From Eledone cirrhosa (taxonomy: Eukaryota): 64,000 nucleotides of DNA. The DNA is taken from the NCBI GenBank assembly GCA_964016885.1, contig OZ024759.1:29202001-29266000 (forward strand), read 5' to 3'. The position numbers were made by a program, and so were the translations under genes. The first letter of the stretch is position 1. Each line of letters begins with the position of its first letter. Shown piece by piece: positions 53,465-64,000 of the stretch. The notes under the pieces were generated by a model. That model had not been told where the DNA came from, searched no databases, and saw only the letters and a program-made list of their open reading frames with translations.

Positions 53465-55799
53465 CCTATGTCACTGTTGTAATTATTTATATATATATAT
53501 AGGGTTGTAATGTTCCAGATTCCAACTGTCAAGTTTTGCTCCCTTCTGGACTCTCTTTGGGGTCTCAGGATACAGAATCTTTACAAGATGTTAAGAATTA
53601 ATAAAAGGGGGCCCCCCAGTCTCATCATGAAAAGCCACATGAAATTAAGGGTCTTGCTCAAGAACACAATGTGACATTGAGACCAGGAATTGCACCCAGA
53701 AACTTATAATTGTGAGTCCAACACCTTAACCACATGAGCAGGGTGTGGCCAGTTGGCCATGCCATACCTTGCTCATAGTGGGACCGTGTTTTGGTTGGAT
53801 TTTTACGGCTGCTCGATGCCCTTTCTAACACCAACCACGTTTACAGCATGGGACACATACACAGATATATATATATATATACATACACACATGCATGCAA
53901 ATATACAGCAGCAACAGCAATAGTGGTGGTTGTGGTTGTGATGGTGGTCTTTGTTGACTACAAAGCTACTAGTAAAAGTAGGTGTATATAGTAGTTTAGA
54001 GTTATTTTAGTCAGACAGTGATAGTTAAACCACCACTAATACCACAGATAATAGACCCTGGCCGGACGGTCAATATAAGTGACCAGTACAACCATATGTT
54101 TGTTGGTTGGCTTGTTTCTTTCTTAATTTGTTTAGGTTATTTTTATCTGTGTGCATGTGTGTATATATATACACACACAAATATATATATATATATATAT
54201 GACCATTTCATTGGCTCTACAGACAAAAGAACTATAACCCTCAATTGCAGACAATTTTAGTGCATCACCAACTTGGATCCAATTTCAAAAGACTTTTTCT
54301 GTGTCTATTCTTAGTCATCACTCTCTCTCACACAGAGTGAAGACATAGTTTAGTGGCGAGAGTGTTAGACTCACAACCACAAGTTCAATTCCTGGACTGA
54401 CCAATGGGTGCATTACGCTGTAATGTGGTAGTGTTGGTGCCACTACCACATTACAGTGTGTGTGTTTTATTGTGGCCCCGACACTACCACATTACAGCGT
54501 ACACTGGGTGTGTTTTATCTTGCCACCCACATTACCACATTGCAAAGTACACTGGATGCATGTTATCATGGAACCAGCATTACCACATTACAGTGAACAC
54601 TGGGTGAAATTTTACAGAGCACCCTGGGTGAAATTTATGATGGCACCAACATTACCACTTTAATATATAAAACAATTTTCTTCTCTGCCTCACCCTCCAA
54701 CATATTTTTTGTTACATCATCGTTCAAACATTAACATTTTGAATTTCTTTCTCTTATAAGATTTATTAAAGGTTAAAAAGGAAAAAAAAACAGAAAAATA
54801 AATAAATAAAATACATGATAAAGTGAATGTTTATAAAAATATGTCATAGAAATCAATATACCATTAAACATTTTTAAATGGAATATATTTAATTAGAAAT
54901 ACAGCAAGTTATTCTGAGAAAAATTTTTTTTCTTTATTCTTTTTAAATATTTGAAATTGTTATCAACATCATTATCATCAAGCAGTGTTCCACACCCACA
55001 CCCCAATAAACCATATTTAAACTAATTCTTGAATAGTTCCAAAAGATCTTTTCACAGAAAAATCTAAAGGAGAATTTTTATTTTTTTTTCAAAGAATACA
55101 ATTTATCTCATAAGATTCTGTACTGGATGAAACCACATTTGCAAGCCTTTCTTGAAAAGTACAAAACAGCACTATAACTGCACTGTATTAGTTAAAACAC
55201 TGTGAGAGTTTTTCACAACGATCTGCCCACTAGTAAAGATACTAGAAACATTTGAATTAACAAACTACATTAGCAAGATATTCTTTAAAAGTACAAAACA
55301 ACACCATGATTGCATCACATCATAAATTAATGTCTCTAATACTACAAATTTTCTCTAATACTGCAAATTTTCCCAATGATCTACGTACTCATAAATATAC
55401 TATAAACATTTGAATTAACAAACCCATTTTCAGATATTTTCTGCTAAATGATTACAGGATGTTATGGGTTAATAAAACGTTAACTAAAATCATTGCTATT
55501 TCATATATCTGCAAAAAATAATAAAAGGAAGGGAGTAACAAATACAATTTGAATAGCATGGTGCCCTTCTCATGATGCCCCAAACATATGCATTTAAAAT
55601 CATTTCATCATGTAAAAAAAGTGCTAAATATATCTATACAAACGCAATTTATATAAGAACTGAATGGAGATAGAAGACTGGTAAAGTTCATCTCAACTCA
55701 TGTGTGAAAGAACTGGAATATTAAATGGCTTCCACCTGAGGTTAACTATTTTCTTTATCATTGTTCATATTCGTCTTTGTTATTTAACTCACAACATGT

Positions 55800-56660
55800 T
55801 GATAAGTAGAAGAGAGGACAATACTCTGATTCCATCGGGGAAATGGCCATGTTCGATATGTAGGAAAGGAACTGGCATAAATTCCATAAAATGTACGCAA
55901 TGCAGATCTTGGGTACACAAGAGATGTAGTGGAATAGCAGGCAAACTAACAGGTAGAGAAAACTACATATGCAGTAGATGTACAGGGAAAGTTGGCAATA
56001 GTAATCGCAGTGATAGACACATTTTTCCAATGCAGGTGGGTTCTATAGAAGTGGTTGATAGCTTCCGGTACCTAGGTGATCAGATTAGCATGGGAGGGGA
56101 GTGTTCCAAGGCCATAGTATCTAGAATAAGGACGGGTTGGAAGAAGTTTAGGGAGCTGCTTCCTCTGTTGACAAAGAAGGGTTTCTCCCTGCATACGAAA
56201 GGACGGTTATATGATGCCTGTGTGAGATGCGCAATGCTGCATGGTAGTGAGACATAAGCAGCAACTGCAGAAGATATGCAACGGCTGGAGAGAAATGAAG
56301 CAAGTATGCTCCGTTGGATGTGCAATGTCAATGTGTGTGATCAACCAAGCATAGACGAGTTGAGAAAGAAACTGGGTATAAGTTGTGGTGTGCAGGAGAG
56401 AAGGCTGAGATGGTATGGACATGTGATGCGCATGGAGGATGACCGCTGGGTAAAGAAGTGCCAAGAAATCCCAGTAGAAGGAAGACGCAGTAGAGGTAGA
56501 CCACAAAAAACATGGGCGGATGTGGTGAGAGCAGACCTCAGATCGCTGAAACTCACCGAGGAGATGACAAAGGACTGTGACAAGTGGAGAGATGCTGTGC
56601 TGAATAGGACCCGTCCAACCCTTGCAAGCAGGGAAAAGCGGACGTATGATGATTATGATG
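55800..56660 (+). mobile_element. 5'-truncated RTE LINE with a PHD-like Cys/His finger, interrupted by a stop codon
   Basis: CSIC..CTQCRSWVHKRC..CSRC, then FRYLG, MLHGSET*, RRLRWYGHVMRM, GRPQKTW; 3' tail CCAACCCTTGCAAGCAGGGAAAAGCGGACG(ATG)n. Confidence 0.9.
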
Positions 56661-57749
56661 AAACCACATTGTTGGACTTAAGATCATAATGTCGTGGGTT
56701 TGATTCTTGGACTGGGTTGTGTTGTGTTCTTGAGTAAAACACTTCATTTCACATTGCTCCAGTGGTAAGGGAGTTGGACTTACGATGATAATGTCGTGGG
56801 TTTGACTCCTGAACTGGGTTGTGTGTTGTGTTCTTGAGTAAAACACTTCATTTCACATTGCTCTAGTGATTAGGGTGTTGGTCTTATGATCATTATGTCG
56901 TGGGTTCAATTTCTAGACGAGGTTCTTGAAGAAAACATTTCATTGCATGTTACTCCAGTATGCTCAGCTGATAATAAGTACCAGTAATAGCTGAGGGTTT
57001 AACCCTGTGATGGACTGGTGTCCTGTCCAGGGGGAAATCTTGTACTCTCGAGATAAGCACCGGCCTGATGAGCCTCAGACCTAGGGACAGAATTTAAATG
57101 AAACCTCATTAGCAAGACATACTTGAAAAGTACAAAAATAGCACTATGACTGCATCACTTTAAATATTAAAGTCTTTAGTTTAATGCAAAATTTCAATCT
57201 ATCCACTAGTAAAGATACTATAGATATTTGAATTGACAAATCATATGAACCCACAAGTCTTTCTTGAAAAGAACAAAATCAGCACTATCACTGTATCAAA
57301 TTAAAAATTAATACCGTTACTTTAGATTAATAGAAAATTTACAAAACACTAAACAATTGAATTAACAGGCCTATTTTTAGATATTTTCTGCTCAATCATT
57401 GCAAGATGTAAAGATTTAAACCAGTTTAAACAACAACCAACAACAATAATACAATGAGTAAAGCCTATGTATGTATACATTTAAATTTATATGTAGAGAC
57501 AAACTTTATCAAATGTGGCCACGTGGTTAAGGACAACCACTTCACAACCTCATGACTTCAGGTTCACTCCCACACAGCATAGTGCCATAGACAAATATAG
57601 TTTGGGGTTGTTGATTGCCTAGTGAGTGAAGTTTGGTAGACAGAAACTACAGAAGCCTGTCATATATCATCATCATCATCGTTTAACATCTATCTTCCAC
57701 GCTAGCATGGGTTAGCCTATATATATATATATATCATCCTCATCATCAT

Positions 57750-57925
57750 CATTATTTTACATCCGATTTTTCCCTGCTTGCAAGGGTGGGCAGGTCCTTT
57801 TCGGCACATCAACTCTCCATTTGTCACGGTCCTTCATCATCTCCTCTGTGAGCCTCAGCGATCTGAGGTCAACTCTCACACCCTCTGCCTATGTTTTCCG
57901 TGGTCTTCCTCTACTGCATCTTCCT
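57750..57925 (-). mobile_element. RTE LINE 3' end fragment
   Basis: reverse complement of 56480-56660. Confidence 0.75.
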
Positions 57926-57959
57926 TCCAGCATAATCACTTTTCTGTACTTTCCACATA

Positions 57960-58236
57960 CAGTGGAACCTCGGTTCACAAACTTAATTCGTTCCTGAAGG
58001 ACGTTTGTCACCCGAAGTGTTCATAAACTGAAACTATTTTTCCCATAGGAAATACTGAGAAAGAAATACAGTACTTGAAAGACATAGATATCACCATAAT
58101 AACTAACTACATAGCAAGTGACACTTTACTACCGATAATCCCAGCTTGTTGTTGCCACCTTGCATGTTCATTACTCGAGACACTGTTTGTAAACCGAGAC
58201 ATTTTATGTTATTATTCATGAACCAAGATTTTACTG
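57960..58236. mobile_element. pogo/Tigger-like MITE
   Basis: TA|CAGTGGAACCTCGGTTCAC ... TGAACCAAGATTTTACTG|TA. Confidence 0.7.
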
Positions 58237-58240
58237 TATA

Positions 58241-58439
58241 TACGAGGTTAGATAGAAAAATTCATAGGCTGACCATCAAGGAGTGATGCTAGCTGTGAAA
58301 TCTTGCATGCATTAATTTCAACTCTTCTTCTTAATAACTGCAATGTTTCTTTCCAGGGACTATGTTGAAAAATAAACTTCATTTGGTCATTCCATGATAG
58401 CATCTTTGTCAGCCTATTAACTTTTATGCAACTCTTGTA
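58241..58439. mobile_element. mariner-like MITE
   Basis: TACGAGG...CTCTTGTA ends; related copies ~33215-33413 and 45754-45930. Confidence 0.7.
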
Positions 58440-60214
58440 TGTGTGCATGTACCCATGTCTGTGCTTATATCCAGTAACTTAGCAGTTTGACAAAAAGAGA
58501 TCGATAAACTAACTACCAGACTTTCGTCAATATGATCGCCAATATGAAGGCAGTGCCCCAGAATGGCCGCAGTTTGATAACTGAAACCAGTAAAAGAATA
58601 CAAGGATCTTGCCACAGAAGGTATTCTATATGACATGTATGTGCTGTGGTGTTCATACTTTTCCCGTTAGGACCAACCAAAGCAATTTTGTTTAATGTGC
58701 CTTTCTTTTTGACAATAGGGCTGCAAAACTACATCAGAGCACACACACATACACACACACACACGTTTCTTGTTTAGCCCAAGGCCATCCCTGGTCGAAT
58801 AGCCATATGATCAGAAGCGTTCCAAATATGCCCATCGCATTTTTTTTTAAAATATATATAATATAATAATAATACACATTATTCAATGTCTGTAATATAA
58901 AGACGTAATGTGTGATTTGCAGTAGATTTGGGTGCTATTTCTAGCAAGTCGAGCGACTACGTAAAAGTCTCCCACATTTGTACATTACATACATAGGAAG
59001 GAGTTAAGCTGGAAATACGGGACGGGTTGTTGAAGGGAGGTAAGCACTGATGGCTTTTCTGGGTTGTCCGAGAACTCTCCCAGTTAATTCTAATATACTT
59101 AGTTACGTTTGATTTATACGAACTATGGAAGTTGTTAATCTTGGTCTTTTGTAATATTGTATACACATAAATACACACTGACATATTTATATTATAAGAT
59201 ATGATAGTTTGCTTGAAGCATTGAAAAGTGGATATGTCTGTACGGCTTTCTAAACATACCATATATATATATAATTTTGGTTTTGCTTGATTAACAAGTC
59301 TGATGAGCAGATTGGGGCTGGAGTTGGGACTATAACATTGATATGGATCCTGAGCCACCACCCACGGTCGTAACTGTGCATAATCAATAAAAACCTTAAT
59401 GTGAAACCTCATTTTGTTCTTAATATATATATATATATATATTTATATGCACATATATAGTCTGCGGTGCTGAGATCGAAGGGATCCATTAATCATGGCA
59501 GTACTCAGTACATGGCGAGATGCAGATTGGGTATAGAGATATGTAAAATCCAGACCGCTTGGTACCGCGGTCGGGATTTTCTATCTCTATCTCATATATA
59601 TATATATATATATATCAGAGGACTTTAGTGAATTGCAGGATTTGATGTGAATAACACACCGGGCTTTAACGCTAGATAAAGCACGCTAGATATATACACT
59701 TTTAATTGTTCAGCTATATATATATATATGTGTGTGTGTATATATATATAGTCACGTTTGTCTAACATCACACGGAAAACGGGTCCATTGATGTACATTG
59801 TTTATCAATATGTGGTGGTGCTGCTGCTGGCGATGAAGAGAACTGAGGGGTGGGTGATGGTGAAATCTACACACAGTTGCGGAAGTGGTTCTAAATATAT
59901 ACACACACGTGGTCATCGGAGAGGAGAGAAAGATTAAGAAAAAGATTGTGGAAAAAAATAAAGATTTAATCATTTTTTTTTTTTTTTTTTTTTTTTTTTT
60001 CAGCGGAATGTCTAGTTGATGAATAGCAACAGACGCGTGAGAAGAATGATCTCGATCTTTTGTTCGAAAAATCAAAAGACGAGATGGTCGCGGTTGGTAC
60101 AGCTTTTGTCTGAAGTTTACTGAGTGCCATACCAGTGCTGCTGACCTGGCAGTTTAAACAACACTACTGTAATGTGGTTGATTTTGAGAAAAACTACTTT
60201 TAAAACAATGTAAC

Positions 60215-60226
60215 ACCTACATCATC

Positions 60227-60260
<34 letters not shown>

Positions 60261-61230
60261 TCACTACTATCATCACAACAACCATCACCACTATCATCAC
60301 AATAACCACCACCACCACCACCACCATCATCACAATAACCCCCACCCCCACCACATTCACAACAAACATCCACTACTACTACTACTACTATCACAACAAT
60401 AACCATCACTACCACCACCACCACACTCACAACAGACCACTACTACTACTACTATCACAACAATAACCATCACTACCACCACCACCACCACCACAGTCAC
60501 AACAACCACTACTACTACTATTACTATCGTCACAACAATAACCACCACACTCACAACAAACAACCACTACTACTACTACTACTCTCATCACAACAATAAC
60601 CATCATAACCACTACCATCATCACAAGAATAACCATCATAACCACTACCATCATCACAACAATAACCATCATAACCACTACCATCATCACAACAATAACC
60701 ATCATAACCACTACCATCATCACAACAATAACCATCATAACCACTACCATCATCACAACAATAACCATCATAACCACTACCATCATCACAACAATAACCA
60801 TCATAACCACTACCATCATCACAGCAACTACTACTACGACTACTATTATCACCATCACTACCACCACCATCATTATCACAACAATCACAATTACTACTAC
60901 TAACACTAGCACTACCATCATTATTATCACAATAACAACCACCACCACCACCACCACAACACTCACAATCATCACCATCATAATAGCCATCACTTTTATT
61001 ATTACCACCACCACTACTACTACCACCAAAGCCACAATCATCACAACATTACTACTGCTACTACAACCAACCCCACAGCAACTACTACTACCACAACAAC
61101 CAACACGACAGCAACTACTACTACCACAGCAACAACAACAACCATCATTGCATATACCACCACCACTACTACTACTACAACCATTACTACCACATTAAGC
61201 ACCACCACCACTACTACTACTACTATTACT
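60215..61230. repeat. trinucleotide low-complexity block with a 33-bp higher-order repeat
   Basis: (ACC/ACT/ATC/ACA)n; ACCATCATAACCACTACCATCATCACAACAATA repeated ~7 times at ~60598-60820. Confidence 0.9.
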
Positions 61231-61720
61231 AATTTCTTGATCTGCTACAAATGAAGTAGGGGAAATTTCCCAAAACCCCGAAAAAGCGACATTGAAAAAA
61301 GGGGAGTGAAATAGGGGTGTGTGGTGGGGGTAGACAAACAAACAACAATACCCTCCTCCTTCCTATCTCTTTCCCTCTCCCTTCCACTCATTCCGCATTA
61401 ACTGACAACAAAATTAAGGACCTTCATATTGCGTGCATAAATATATATATATATACATATATATATACATTCATTTTATGTATGTATATATATATATATC
61501 TACACACACACACATATATATATATTATTCATTTTATGTATGTATATATATATATATACACACACACAAATGGCTGTGTATACATTTTTATATCAATTTT
61601 TCAAAACAAGAAGATATATACATACATGTAAATTGAAATCTCTTATTTACATGTACCCTTGTCATTATATACAAATATACAATAACGAGTTGTGATGGTT
61701 ATATGTTGATATACACCCAG

Positions 61721-61793
<73 letters not shown>

Positions 61794-62242
61794 AAAAAAG
61801 TAAAATTTAACTATTTGCATGTAGACACAAATGAAAAATGCATACATAAATATATATATGCACATACATGTGTACGTACACATACTGTTATACAGGAGAG
61901 TATATCATTGCCAAATACATATGTATATACATATAAATAGAGAGATACATGTGTGTGTGTATATATATATATATTTATATATAGAGAGAGATACATGTAT
62001 TCATATATATATATGATGATGATGATATATATATATATAGAGAGAGAGAAACAAGGCCTACGTTAAAGATACAATATTAAAGTACTCAACACCACACAAG
62101 AGGGTGAAGAGAGGGATTTATTTCATTCATTTACTGGTTATACAGAATCGAAACGGAATTCTTGTATATCTGACAAAATATGTGTATCAACATATACAAC
62201 CACCATATCTTGTATTTGTATACAATGACAAAACAGGTTGTA

Positions 62243-62275
<33 letters not shown>

Positions 62276-64000
62276 CATATACATATAGAAATGACTAGAA
62301 CAGTTTCATACGAATGAAACAGTTCTAGTCCTGTAGAAGTCATTTCTATATGTAATAAAGTTACCTATACTCTACCAACGTATTGAGTACGTTTTTTAAC
62401 TGTGATTACCCACCACCACACGAGACAACTCGGGAACCAACATATATATATATACACTGCTGTCCCGACAAGATACCCTTACCCTAGGGGTATCTTGTCG
62501 GGACAGCAGGCTCAAAGAACGGACGATGAGGGAACCTTTCGCTGATATATATACACACACACACATACATACGTACGACCATATACATATATATATGTAT
62601 ACATACAATTTATATATATATATATATATACACAGGGTGTATATAATACGCCCGTCCGATTACATGGTAGGACCTATTATTTCCCTTGGAACATTTTCGG
62701 TGGAGTTATTTTTATAGCTATTTCTTAAATTAAACACCCATTGGTAATATACATATAAACACACACATATATATATGTATGTATGTAATATATATATATA
62801 TATTATCCATATATATATGAGCCATTTTAAATTATCAACATCATCGTTATTATTATGATATGGCTAAATAAAGAAATTATTATTATTTTTATGGTTATTA
62901 ATACTACTACTACTACATAAACTCCAGTGAGGATTAACTTTACGTTTGATCCTTCCGGGTTGGATAAGATATTGTACCAGTGAAGTACTGAGATCGATAT
63001 AATTATACCCCTAGGTTGTCCTCTCCCACCGCCCCCTCCACACACACAAATTTGAGGAATTTTTCCAGTTAGAAATTTGTAACACTCATCGGTTTTTGTT
63101 GATTTTGAACATTTGCCTCGCGATATATAAATAAACCCCACTTTGTTTTATAATTCGTTCTTCTATGTTGTTCCTACCCCCACAGTCTAGGGCCATTTGT
63201 GCCCCTACGAAAAAAAAGATTTAATAATTATTAATATTACTATTATTATTAATTAACATTTTGTGAGGTAAAACTTTCACTCTCATCCTTCCGGTTGTCG
63301 ATAAAATTCACTACATCATCCTCAGAGGTTTACTTTAAATCGACCAACCCTCAAATAAATATAGTCGTGTGTCTTTATTTAAATATTATTACTATTAAAG
63401 AAATCGAGTACCAGTAATGCACTGTGTCGATTTCATCGACTTTCCCCTCCCTTCAATTTGTTGGCCCTGTACTTAAATCAGAAACCATTATTATTATTAT
63501 TATTCAAGAAATCAACGGGTTCCTGGATGGATCGTTTTCAGTGTCGGACGAAATGCCTTAAGGGTATATTCAGTTCAGATCCGGCCTAGCCGAAATCAAC
63601 TTTGCTTTTCGTCATGCCCGATACCAAAATCATAAATAAAGTACTAGTCTAACACTGGACCCATTTAATCGTCTTTCTATTACCCCTAAATTGCTAGTCC
63701 CTAGTTTAGAAAGTAGTATTTAACAGTAACGTACTGGGGTCGTTTCATCGACTTTCCCCTCCCCCAAAATTGCTGTACTTGTGCCTAAATCAGAAACCAT
63801 TAGATAACATTATCGTTATTTTTATAGCTAAAAACGAAATACTGGGAAGGGTGTTGAGTAGAATTTTGTGATCGATAAAATAAGTACCAGTAACATACAC
63901 GTGGTGATTAATCCTTCCTAAATAATAATTGTTTCTACTTTTGGCACAAGCCCAGCAATTACCCAGTTCATTACTGGTACTTTATTTTATCGACCCGGTC

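Noticed and set aside
57065-57090. CTGATGAG hammerhead core
   Set aside because: Part of a SINE 3' region, with no stem II-GAAA partner.
60200-61044. Val/Met-rich ORFs, or a Thr/His-rich mucin-like product on the + strand
   Set aside because: Trinucleotide low-complexity DNA without credible exon boundaries.

Overview
AT-rich, microsatellite- and transposon-dense eukaryotic (animal) genomic DNA. The SINE/RTE repeat landscape resembles an octopus or other coleoid cephalopod (inference). Nearly all ORFs in the supplied track are spurious. There are two convergent spliced genes. (1) The last four coding exons of a coiled-coil protein resembling CCDC172 (+, 97-2481). (2) Exportin-7 (XPO7/RanBP16) on the minus strand: I traced 29 coding exons (53114->11276, 1096 aa, all splice phases consistent), and only the short ATG exon was not found. 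XPO7 carries two minor-spliceosome (U12) introns, one GT-AG (33900-34430) and one AT-AC (31764-32585). Its 17-kb last intron holds phase-compatible candidate extra exons. The introns contain tRNA-derived SINEs, RTE/CR1/Vingi-type LINE fragments, Helitron fragments, piggyBac/mariner/pogo-type MITEs, minisatellites and TA-embedded fold-back palindromes. The most unexpected signal is a set of hammerhead-ribozyme-like motifs, the best being two inverted minimal type I hammerheads that form a 76-bp hairpin just upstream of the first detected XPO7 exon.
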